Assembly: GCA_017397955.1 (NCBI GenBank)
Contig: JAFQHL010000002.1
Coordinates: forward strand, 2,142-66,141
DNA length: 64,000 nt
Direction of reading: 5' to 3'
Origin: Clostridia bacterium
GTDB lineage: Bacteria; Bacillota; Clostridia; Oscillospirales; CAG-382
The notes beneath the pieces were generated by a model. It did no database searches and had not been told where the DNA came from. It was given only the letters and a program-made list of their open reading frames with translations. The position numbers were made by a program, and so were the translations under genes. Positions within the stretch are counted from its first letter, which is position 1. The number at the start of each line of letters is the position of its first letter. Positions 39,942 through 48,433 of the stretch are shown piece by piece.

Positions 39942-40892
39942 TTAAAAGCTTATCTTAATAGCATCGGTATCAAAAACGCCTTCCCATGTTTCAACGTCGT
40001 AAGCGTGGAAACAAAGCTCCAGCTTTTCAACAGCGGTAATTTTGTTATTGTCCAAATCATCATCGGAAAAAGCAAGCTTTGTAACTGTGCGTGTTCCTGC
40101 AGGAAGCTCACAACTCAAGTAGCAGTCAACCATATAATCGTTTACGGATTCATCCTTTGTCTGCACGCCCAATGCTTTATCGCTGCTGTTCTCAATATAC
40201 AGCAGAACGGCGGGAGCACCGAAAGAATCTGTTGTAAGTCCTTTGGAAATTATCTTTACATTGTTGCCTTCATAAAGCACGTCACCGCTGTCGTCATAGC
40301 TTTGCGTATAACTGCCTGCGGCAGAGGTTTGAATTTTTATAGTGTCGGTAGTAAAAAGGTCGTCCCAAGAGCTGGGGTCGTAAACATTAAAACGCAGCTC
40401 TATATCTGTTACGGTTTCTATCCCGCAAGCAAGCAAATCTTCTACCTCAAAGGAAATATTGGCGTTAACCTTTTTGCCTGCCGCTACAGTTTCGTTACCG
40501 TAAGAGTCTATTACATAGCCGTTTATACAGGTGTTTATGGTGCCTGCGGCGTATTCCTTGTCGGAGTTATTCTCTATAAGCACTTTAAGCAAAAACTCGT
40601 CACCAAAAATGCCTTCTTCAACAGCTACGCTTTGGGCGGTAACCTTTATCCCGTCTTGGTCAACGATTACGGCTTCTTCTATGCTTACGTCGCCGTTAAA
40701 TTTAGAATCTGCTTCCTCGGACACCTCAGAGCTTTCGCCGGGTAAGGGCTTGGGCGTGCCGCTGTTTTCCAGCTCTGTGCTTGTGTTGTTCCCCTTACTT
40801 TCGGTGGGGTTTTTTGCATCCTCCTTATCACCGCAGGCCATAAAAGAAAGGCACAGAGTAAGGGCAAGCATTAACGCAAATATTTTTTTCAT
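39942..40892 (-). CDS. Lipoprotein of unknown function (two internally similar beta-rich halves)
   Basis: ATG at 40892, 9 nt after AAGGAG. MKKIFALMLALTLCLSFMACGD lipobox. Confidence 0.7.
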   Translation of the reverse strand: MKKIFALMLALTLCLSFMACGDKEDAKNPTESKGNNTSTELENSGTPKPLPGESSEVSEEADSKFNGDVSIEEAVIVDQDGIKVTAQSVAVEEGIFGDEFLLKVLIENNSDKEYAAGTINTCINGYVIDSYGNETVAAGKKVNANISFEVEDLLACGIETVTDIELRFNVYDPSSWDDLFTTDTIKIQTSAAGSYTQSYDDSGDVLYEGNNVKIISKGLTTDSFGAPAVLLYIENSSDKALGVQTKDESVNDYMVDCYLSCELPAGTRTVTKLAFSDDDLDNNKITAVEKLELCFHAYDVETWEGVFDTDAIKISF

Positions 40893-40922
40893 AGTTTGCA
40901 TCTCCTTAAATTATTTTTGTTC

Positions 40923-40951
40923 ATAATACCATAAAATACGGTGTTTGTCAA
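40923..40951 (-). promoter_or_regulatory. Sigma-A promoter with extended -10
   Basis: Minus strand TTGACA (40951-40946), 17 nt, TGgTATTAT (-10 at 40928-40923). Confidence 0.6.
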
Positions 40952-40999
40952 TGAAAACGGTCGGGTTTGATTGTCAAACAGAGAGAATCTAAGCAAAAA

Positions 41000-41286
41000 A
41001 ACAACCTTTGCCTACCGGACAAAGGTTGTTCCAGACCGCTGACAAAGGCACAGACCACAAAAAAGAAAATACGGTTACTATAAAGTGAAAATTTCGGGGA
41101 AAATTCCCCCGAAATTTTTGTATATTTTTATATTTTTTCGTTTGGAACGAACCTCAGCTCACAGTACTCAGTACAGTTCTCGCCTCGGTTCGTCCCATCT
41201 GTACTCTTTCTCAGCAGTCTGCCAAGCTGATGACAAAGTTTGTCATCAGCTTGAAACAACCTTTGCCCGGTAGGCAAAGGTTGTTT
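41000..41286. repeat. Terminator-embedded repeat element, copy C (core 41032-41253 flanked by inverted copies of a 31-33-nt hairpin)
   Basis: AACAACCTTTGCC-TACCG-GACAAAGGTTGTT (41000-41030) and AAACAACCTTTGCC-CGGTA-GGCAAAGGTTGTTT (41254-41286). The core is roughly nine-tenths identical to copy A by eye. Confidence 0.85.
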
Positions 41287-41374
41287 CTTTTCTGTGCAAG
41301 GGCTACAAAATAGATGCCAACAGTAAATCCACTGTACAGAACCGAACTTGTGTATAGCAATGGTAAACGAACAT

Positions 41375-41406
41375 TAAAAAATACCGCCGATAAAACACCG
41401 GCAGTA
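41375..41406 (-). terminator. Intrinsic terminator of the three-gene cargo cassette
   Basis: Minus strand UACUGCCG-guguuuua-UCGGCGGUA followed by UUUUUU. Confidence 0.65.
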
Positions 41407-41409
41407 AGT

Positions 41410-42162
41410 TTATTTTTCGTTTGCGCTTTGAAGACTAAGACGTATCTTTCGTACTTCTTCTTTTAATTCATCCAAATCTTTGTCATTATTTGGATCGTTT
41501 AACAACTTGTCAATATAAGCTTTCTCCAAATTGTCGCATTGAATTTTTCTACAACTATACTTTTCCAGCAGAAAAAATGTGTTTGATAACATTATTGTAC
41601 TAAGTTGCCTGCTCTTCGTATAATGTAAACATATACACAAATCCAACAAATAATCGTCATCAGACTCAGGGAACGGATTTGGCAACAACAAAGCGTGTCG
41701 CAAGCGTTCTTTACCATCTTCAATCAAGATAAAACCATCAACAATGCTAGTAGCTACCGACCAAGCAACATATTCGTTTGCACAAATAAAATATTTGTAA
41801 TCCTTTTCAGTGAATTTTGTATCTATGAATTCGTATAATTTCTTTTCTTTGCTAAAAATGAATTTAAGCTTTGCTTTCCAAGGAATATAAACAGGTTTAA
41901 CTATCATTATGGCTTTTAAGGCACACGCAGCAATTTTATGCCTATCTATATCGGGAGAGTCGACAGACATATAAGTGTCTATTAAATTACGCTTGAGGTC
42001 ATTGTAAACATTTTTTATCTTTCTTTCAAGATAATTTAGGTTTTTATGCTTCAATCCTAAACTTTGTGAAATTTCGATGATAGTACTTTTTATACATTCA
42101 TCCCATAATTTGTTGATTTCATTAATATAGAGTCTAGAAGCACCATTATTTTGTGTATTCAT
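41410..42162 (-). CDS. Hypothetical soluble protein (250 aa), no recognisable motif
   Basis: ORF with GAGGAAGA upstream. 17-nt overlap with the preceding small ORF. Low-GC codon usage. Confidence 0.6.
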   Translation of the reverse strand: MNTQNNGASRLYINEINKLWDECIKSTIIEISQSLGLKHKNLNYLERKIKNVYNDLKRNLIDTYMSVDSPDIDRHKIAACALKAIMIVKPVYIPWKAKLKFIFSKEKKLYEFIDTKFTEKDYKYFICANEYVAWSVATSIVDGFILIEDGKERLRHALLLPNPFPESDDDYLLDLCICLHYTKSRQLSTIMLSNTFFLLEKYSCRKIQCDNLEKAYIDKLLNDPNNDKDLDELKEEVRKIRLSLQSANEK

Positions 42163-42337
42163 TTGATGAGTTTTCTTCCTCGATTAAATTTCTTGTTTTG
42201 AATTGACCTTTATTATAATCAAATTCTGTGTTATGTGATGTAAGCAAAGGTAATTTTAGGTGGTATATACAATACAGAGGTAAATATAAAACTAAAAAAG
42301 CTACTGCGACCACAAATAAAATTTCTAATGTTTTCAT
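42146..42337 (-). CDS. Small membrane protein (63 aa)
   Basis: N-terminal hydrophobic segment EILFVVAVAFLVLYLPLYCIY. Translationally overlapped with the 250-aa ORF. Confidence 0.45.
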   Translation of the reverse strand: MKTLEILFVVAVAFLVLYLPLYCIYHLKLPLLTSHNTEFDYNKGQFKTRNLIEEENSSNEYTK

Positions 42338-42403
42338 AATTTTCTTTCTTTCTAAGTTGTTTTTGGATGGATAAGGTTTTGAGGGTGCACCAATTAAATT
42401 TGA

Positions 42404-42928
42404 CTAGGGCAACTCGTTTAGGCGATTCTGTTTTCTTGTGTTTGAACATTTATGAATTAGATTTGCAGAAAGTTGCAAAACGACCAATAGAATATATAAC
42501 ATAATGAGCAATCTTAATGAGATATAAATTCCATATTCAAAGAGATATTCGTTTATCGGCTCTAAATTTCCTACGAATTTAAACACCAATTCATTACCCT
42601 GGTTTTCCAAAATTTCCATCTTAATGAAGTCAAGGTATTCGAACAACAAAACACTTAACAACAAAACACAACCACCAATTGCAAGCCAAGATAGACCTCT
42701 TACGCATTTATCTATAGGTCTGCTTTTATTCACGGTGAGAAGTTTTTCTATTCCAGTAAGGAATAGTGTAGCTATTGGTAAAAAAATAACAGAATAGTCA
42801 TCTCTTGGATTAGCAAAATCCATATTCTGAAAAATCACTATCGCTGAAAGAAACGACAAGATAACCATTGCAACATTTAAAAAAAGAGAATTTACGGGTT
42901 TGCTTGAATTGTCCATGATATATGTCAA
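42404..42928 (-). CDS. Membrane protein (about 170 aa, 4 predicted TM segments)
   Basis: Four hydrophobic stretches. Start ambiguous (TTG 42928 or ATG 42916) and no clear SD. Confidence 0.5.
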   Translation of the reverse strand: MTYIMDNSSKPVNSLFLNVAMVILSFLSAIVIFQNMDFANPRDDYSVIFLPIATLFLTGIEKLLTVNKSRPIDKCVRGLSWLAIGGCVLLLSVLLFEYLDFIKMEILENQGNELVFKFVGNLEPINEYLFEYGIYISLRLLIMLYILLVVLQLSANLIHKCSNTRKQNRLNELP

Positions 42929-43327
42929 GAGTTCACGCAGTTTTTATTAACTTGCGATACATCTAATCACCTTTCAAACTTCTTTTTCACACTCGTAATA
43001 AGATGATATGTTATATCACATTAAATGCCGCTGTGCAATAGTTTTTTTTTGAAAAAAGCAGGTTTTTCGACCGATTTTGACTAAAATTTGTCGTGCGGTT
43101 TAATTATAGACATAAAACAATATGTTAGCTTTTTCTCCTTTGCCTATTATGTTCAATGCATTTTATTGTATGCAACAATGGATTAGGTGTGAATAACGCT
43201 TTTAAAGAAGGGAAGGTTATCTGCTTGTGTTATTGGTTGCTTTTTGGGAATAATTTTCCATTTTGGCATTTATTTCAGTTTTGAATTCTGCTTTATATAT
43301 ACATATTTGCACATTATAAGGTTTTTA

Positions 43328-44956
43328 TTATGACAATTCTTGTTGGATTTCAAATCCACCATTAAATAATATCAGTATTTGGGTTTTACTTGTCACAGCT
43401 ACTTTTTCAAGCAATTGCCGTATTAGTTGTTCATCATATCTCAGCAGTCGTTTTCTCAATGCAGCTACCATTGTAAAGATGTCTTCCGTTCGAGAGTTTG
43501 CACTTTTGCGTTTTTGTTCCGCCTCTGTTATGGTGGCTAATTGACACAGAAGGTCTTGCCTTTCTAACATAAGCATGTTCAATTTTGCCTCGTCAAAAGA
43601 ATCCTCGTTATCCGAAGATACTTCGGCTAGCATTTTTTGAAATGCTGCATTTATTTCTGATATTCGTGCTTCTATAGCAATTATGTCCATATCGGTATCC
43701 GGAACCTCTAAATTCGTGCTTATATGCACTCTTAGTGTTTCAAATAATTTATTGTTTTGTAAAGCTACACTTTGAATGGCACACATTATTGCCTCGTGAA
43801 GAACACTTTCTTCTATAGAAGGTGCATGACAATATTTTTTTCCATTTTCCAAGCGGTTTATGCATCGCCAGACAATCTTCTTCTTTCCATTTTTTGACCA
43901 GGTGCATCTACGGTATGGCGTTCCGCATTCTCCGCAAACAAGGCGTTCTGTCAATGCGTACTTGCTTGAATATTTACTCAACTCGGTCTTTGTTCCAACT
44001 TGTTTGATCTTTTGTTTGCTTACACGCCTAGCAAGCTCTTCTTGCACTCTCGAAAAGGTTATTGCGTCTATGATTGCAGGATGACTGTTTTCAACATAGT
44101 ATTTTGGGCGAGCTATACCGTCATTAATCTTAACTTTTTTGCTGATACAATCAGTTATATATGTTTTGTTAAGAATGGCATCCCCTTTATATTTCTCGTT
44201 TTTTAGTATCGACTGAATTGTTGAGCTCTTCCATTCTTTGTTCCCACTTGGTGAAAGTATGCCTCGCTCTTCTAACAGCTTTGCAATACCTGCATAACTA
44301 TATCCGGCGAGGAAACAACTATATATCAATTTGATAACTTCTGCTTCTTCTGGAATAATTTCGGGAGTTCCGTCTGCACTTTTGCGGTACCCCATGAAGT
44401 TTTTGTAGTTAAAAGTAACTTTGCCTTGTTTTGCACTCTGCAATTTTCCCCAGCGTATATTAGCACTCATGTTTTCGGATTCGCTTTGAGCGATGCATCC
44501 GTATATGGTAATATAAAACTCTGCTCCTTCATGTGTGCTGTGAATTCCTTGTTCTTCAAAGTATATGTCGACCCCTAGCTCTTTCAGTACACGCACATAT
44601 TTTAAACAGTCAGCCGTATTACGGGCAAAGCGGCTTATGGATTTCACTATTATCATATCTACACCGCCACGCTTGCATAGTCTGATTAATTTGTTAAATT
44701 CATCACGCTTTTTTGTACTTGTTCCTGTGATACCTTTGTCTGCGAAGATGCCTACGAGTGTCCAATTTGGCTCACTATTTACCTTATCAGTATAGTATAA
44801 AACCTGATTTTCGTAACTATGTAATTGCTCTTCTTGTTTTGTGGAAACACGACAATAGGCAGCTACTCGGATTCGTTTTTGTACGGTTTTTGAGTTATCA
44901 ACAGCATTGATCTTCGCAGGTAATAAACGCACTGTTTTGGTTGTATTTGCTGCCAT
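43328..44956 (-). CDS. Large serine recombinase
   Basis: RVAAYCRVSTKQEEQLHSYENQ catalytic resolvase domain, recombinase domain and a Zn-ribbon (CGECGTPY...C). Confidence 0.9.
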   Translation of the reverse strand: MAANTTKTVRLLPAKINAVDNSKTVQKRIRVAAYCRVSTKQEEQLHSYENQVLYYTDKVNSEPNWTLVGIFADKGITGTSTKKRDEFNKLIRLCKRGGVDMIIVKSISRFARNTADCLKYVRVLKELGVDIYFEEQGIHSTHEGAEFYITIYGCIAQSESENMSANIRWGKLQSAKQGKVTFNYKNFMGYRKSADGTPEIIPEEAEVIKLIYSCFLAGYSYAGIAKLLEERGILSPSGNKEWKSSTIQSILKNEKYKGDAILNKTYITDCISKKVKINDGIARPKYYVENSHPAIIDAITFSRVQEELARRVSKQKIKQVGTKTELSKYSSKYALTERLVCGECGTPYRRCTWSKNGKKKIVWRCINRLENGKKYCHAPSIEESVLHEAIMCAIQSVALQNNKLFETLRVHISTNLEVPDTDMDIIAIEARISEINAAFQKMLAEVSSDNEDSFDEAKLNMLMLERQDLLCQLATITEAEQKRKSANSRTEDIFTMVAALRKRLLRYDEQLIRQLLEKVAVTSKTQILILFNGGFEIQQELS

Positions 44957-44958
44957 TT

Positions 44959-45816
44959 TTATCTCTCCTTTTTCACCACTTGACCATTGCGTAACACTAG
45001 TTGAACCGTTTTGTTATTTGAAAGACGTATGGCGGCAACCGTTTTGTTTACAAGGTGTATTGAAAAGGCTACAAGCGGACTTGTTGATTCAAAGTCTGCT
45101 TGCAGCCGTTCTGCTGTATTTTGTTCCGAAGGAAGGCTTTTATACTTTAAAGAAACGCATTTTTTTATTTTGTGTATTAATGTATTGATATCTGTTGTTG
45201 CGCTATCTATCCCCTTATTTATTTCGCCTTCAAGGTTCAGAATTTCAAGAGTAGGGTGATAAGTATACTGCTTTGTGTCTTTTATAAATTTTGGCTGAAG
45301 GATTAATTGGTTTAGCAACTCTTTAACGCTGTCTAACAAATCACTATCCTCTATTTTTATGATAGTGCGACACTTTGTGTTTTTGCATGTCCAATAAACT
45401 TTGCACTTGAATCTGCTATCATGATGTCTAACCATCTCGGTATTACAATTTGAACACAGCACGGGCATGGCAAGCTTGAAAATGTCGCTTTGCCTATCTA
45501 CTTCTTTTTGATTGTTTTTTTCGTTTTTTATAAGTTGTAGTTTAGAATAGGTTGTTATATCTATAATAGAGGGATATCCGTTCTTGCCAACATATCTCTC
45601 ATCTGCTATTATTCGCATTATTCGTGCTTTGTTCCAACTAATTAAACCGGGCATGTATTCGACTTGAGCAGCATTTAAATGTATAGAGATTGTCAACATG
45701 GATTGGCCTTCGAGGTATGATTGAAAAATACGCTTTAACACTTGTGCTTCAGAAGTGTTTATAACAATGCATCCGTTCTCGTATTTGTACCCGTAGGGTA
45801 TGTTGCGCTTTTTCAT
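44959..45816 (-). CDS. Serine-recombinase-family paralog lacking the N-terminal catalytic resolvase domain
   Basis: Starts MKKRNIPYGYKYENG, directly at the recombinase-domain PYGY motif. Zn-ribbon CSNC...CKNTKC. ATGA overlap with the upstream recombinase stop. Confidence 0.75.
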   Translation of the reverse strand: MKKRNIPYGYKYENGCIVINTSEAQVLKRIFQSYLEGQSMLTISIHLNAAQVEYMPGLISWNKARIMRIIADERYVGKNGYPSIIDITTYSKLQLIKNEKNNQKEVDRQSDIFKLAMPVLCSNCNTEMVRHHDSRFKCKVYWTCKNTKCRTIIKIEDSDLLDSVKELLNQLILQPKFIKDTKQYTYHPTLEILNLEGEINKGIDSATTDINTLIHKIKKCVSLKYKSLPSEQNTAERLQADFESTSPLVAFSIHLVNKTVAAIRLSNNKTVQLVLRNGQVVKKER

Positions 45817-47372
45817 GCCACATTGCACCTTCCTCTCTTAGCGATTGTTTCGGTAAATTCTAAACCACATGTCAATTTGAAAGTGATTTGTGTGCTGTCA
45901 TCCACCTGTATCGATTCTACAATCTCTTCAAACAACACCTCATCGAAGTTTGTGCTTAATTCATATTCAGATATCAACTCATTAAAATATTTTAATGTTT
46001 CTATCAATGCTTCGGTTTCGTCATCATCGAGGATTCTTTTGCGTTCTACTCTAAGGTCGTAAATCTTCATGTTAATCGCATCTGTTTGCGTTGTATAATC
46101 GGTGTTTTCGAGTATGCCCTTTGTATACAATCTTGTCACGACAAGATTTTGTGCTGCAAAATCGGCTATTTTTTTATCAATGAGTCTTATTTTGCTTTGC
46201 GTTATACTGTTATGGTTTTGTATTGCTTCGAGCTGATGTATAAATTTATCAATTAATTCTTCTCGGTAGCGTTTTAACTTGCATGTCATTTCGCAGAAAG
46301 CTTCATATATTGATGTTTCTTTTAATCGTCTGCTTTGACAGTTGGTTTCGCCGGAAGTTCTGCCACTACATTGCCAATATATTACGCCATGTGATATCTG
46401 TCTGCGGAACGCTCTGCCACATTCCGGACAATACAATTTTTTTGATAAAGGATAATCTGTTCGCTTTAATCCATCGTTAGTTTTTCGTTTTTCCTTTAAA
46501 TTCTTTGCAGCCTCAAAAATTTCTCGGCTTATTATTGCCGGATGACTGTTTTCTATGTAATATTGATCATGCTCTCCACGATTTTTCTTTTGTTTAAACG
46601 GAATGATACCGGTTGCATATGTTTTTTGAAGAAGCGAGTCGCCCATATATCTTTCGTTGCCGAGAATATACTTAATAGTGGTAGGATGCCATCTGCGATT
46701 GGCATTGCGGCGTTGTATGCCCATATCTTCCAATGTTTTTGCTATTTTCGTTATGCCAAGTCCTTGTAAATACAAGTTGTATATAAGTTTTATTATCTCG
46801 CTTTCTGCCTCATTAATTTCCAGGTTTCCATTTACCAAGTTATATCCGTATGCAGGACAAGTACAATTGAATTCACCTGCTTCCATTCGCTTTTTATAAC
46901 TCCACCTTAAATTTTCCGATATTGACATTGATTCTTGTTGCGCCGCCATACCGGGGAATGTTACTATCATTTCCGTATTCATTTGGTCTGTGTCAATGCC
47001 TTGTTCCTCAAAGTATACACTAACTCCGAGTTCCTTTAGCAATCGCAGGGTTACGAGCATTTCTTCTGTATTTCTTGCAAAGCGTGATACCGACTTTACG
47101 ATGATTCGGTCTATCTTGTTCTTTTTACAGTCACGAATCATTCTGTTGAATTCGTCTCGCTTTTTCATGCAGGTGCCTGTGATTCCTTCGTCTGCGTAGA
47201 TATCAACCAATGTATATTCGGGATTGTTCTTCTCGAATTCCTTATAATACTTTATCTGTGTTGCAAAGGAATGTAGTTGGTCAGCCGAATCGCTTGATAC
47301 TCTGCAGTATGCCGCCAAGCGTATAAGTTCTTTTTGCTCTGGGATCTTGGCGGTTATTTCTGTTACTTTCAT
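45813..47372 (-). CDS. Large serine recombinase
   Basis: RLAAYCRVSSDSADQLHSFATQ catalytic motif. ATG at 47372, 6 nt after GGAG. Zn-ribbon CPECGRAF...C. Confidence 0.9.
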   Translation of the reverse strand: MKVTEITAKIPEQKELIRLAAYCRVSSDSADQLHSFATQIKYYKEFEKNNPEYTLVDIYADEGITGTCMKKRDEFNRMIRDCKKNKIDRIIVKSVSRFARNTEEMLVTLRLLKELGVSVYFEEQGIDTDQMNTEMIVTFPGMAAQQESMSISENLRWSYKKRMEAGEFNCTCPAYGYNLVNGNLEINEAESEIIKLIYNLYLQGLGITKIAKTLEDMGIQRRNANRRWHPTTIKYILGNERYMGDSLLQKTYATGIIPFKQKKNRGEHDQYYIENSHPAIISREIFEAAKNLKEKRKTNDGLKRTDYPLSKKLYCPECGRAFRRQISHGVIYWQCSGRTSGETNCQSRRLKETSIYEAFCEMTCKLKRYREELIDKFIHQLEAIQNHNSITQSKIRLIDKKIADFAAQNLVVTRLYTKGILENTDYTTQTDAINMKIYDLRVERKRILDDDETEALIETLKYFNELISEYELSTNFDEVLFEEIVESIQVDDSTQITFKLTCGLEFTETIAKRGRCNVA

Positions 47373-47600
47373 ATTTGACTCCTTTCTCATAATTTGTTTT
47401 TGCCTTTTGGCAACACAGACAATACCACATTAGTACGGATACATCCAGCGAAAAAACAAAAGTTATCACTTTAGACACAAAAAACCTCTGTGCCGTAATA
47501 TTCGGCGCTCACAGCAACGATCTTGTTGTATTCTTGCTCAGATATAAGTTTCATTTCCAATAGCATACGCAGCATATTTACGATGTAAACAAAAGATGCA

Positions 47601-47984
47601 CTATTTATTGCCACTTGTTTTTTGTCCATCTATCAAATCCTCCAAATAACCTATTCCAAAACTTTTTACAATAGCTATGTCTACTTGATTCATCTCTGAA
47701 CTGCTTAACTTACCTATGTAACCTCCAAGTCGTGATTTATCAATGGTTCGTATTTGTTCCAGCAAAACAAGTGAAGGGCCGTTAAGCCCACAATTATCAA
47801 TATTTATATGGCTTATCATAGCTTTCTTTTCTTTGCTTGTGATTGCAGCTACTATGGTTGTATTACTATGTAAATTGCCTGTATCGTTTTGTATTATTAG
47901 AACAGGACGATTTCCACTTTGTTCGCTTCCAATAGTTGAATCAAGGTTTGTATAATATATCTCGCCACGCTTTATGTGTTTCAT
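47601..47984 (-). CDS. PemK/MazF-family endoribonuclease toxin (no adjacent antitoxin ORF)
   Basis: MKHIKRGEIYYTNLDSTIGSEQSGNRPVLIIQND...IVAAITSK matches the MazF/PemK fold signature. AGGAGG is 6 nt upstream of the ATG. Confidence 0.85.
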   Translation of the reverse strand: MKHIKRGEIYYTNLDSTIGSEQSGNRPVLIIQNDTGNLHSNTTIVAAITSKEKKAMISHINIDNCGLNGPSLVLLEQIRTIDKSRLGGYIGKLSSSEMNQVDIAIVKSFGIGYLEDLIDGQKTSGNK

Positions 47985-48002
47985 TTTTGCACCTCCTAAG
48001 TG

Positions 48003-48433
48003 TAAAAGCGGTCATTTGCATTTTTCACAAACGACCGCTTTAGATTTTGTATCAATCGTTTTGTTGCTTATCCGATATTTGTCCTCGACACCCTCGGATT
48101 CGGGAACACATTTTCCGGCTATGCCTTTAGCCCCATTGGAATCTCACCACCCCGTGGTTCTCACCGGGCCGCCCTCATTGCCTGCGACGGCTCACGGCTT
48201 TCGCCGCTTCAACGCTCGGACTGTGACTGGACGGAAGTATCATTATAATTCTCTGCCTGTTATCGCCTTCGGTTTGGATTGCACCGCACCGTCAGAGTCT
48301 GTTTTGCTCTTGTAGCTCGCCGCCTGTTAAGCGACAGCAGAGAGAAGGTAAAAAATGTGCTGAACTATTAAATTGTCAAGGTACACGAAAGGCACAAAAT
48401 CCCTTCACTTATATCCTCACTCAAAAGCGTTTT
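48003..48433 (-). ncRNA. Candidate structured non-coding RNA / leader (GC-rich island ending in terminator-like hairpin)
   Basis: No credible ORF. 36/60 G+C at 48121-48180 versus 21/60 at 47821-47880 in mazF. Several hairpins, including GCGGC-GAAA-GCCGU (48194-48207). Distal hairpin AAAGCGGUC/GACCGCUUU (48005-48041) sits just 5' of the mazF RBS. Confidence 0.45.

Noticed and set aside
47471-47554. 27-codon ORF (MKLISEQEYNKIVAVSAEYYGTEVFCV) downstream of mazF as a possible antitoxin.
   Set aside because: It has no recognisable SD and is far shorter than known MazE/PemI antitoxins. It is mentioned only as something to test.
47974-48315. 113-aa plus-strand ORF overlapping the GC-rich island.
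   Set aside because: It has no SD and the product is Pro/Ser/Leu-rich and non-globular. It starts inside the mazF start region on the opposite strand, so it is most likely a by-product of the GC-rich composition.
48003-48433. Group II intron remnant (GUGCG present at about 48285 on the minus strand), tmRNA, RNase P, SRP RNA or a T-box.
   Set aside because: I could not find a domain V-like 34-nt hairpin with an AGC triad, tRNA-like ends, or the conserved P4, SRP domain IV or T-box sequences. The region is left as an unclassified candidate.
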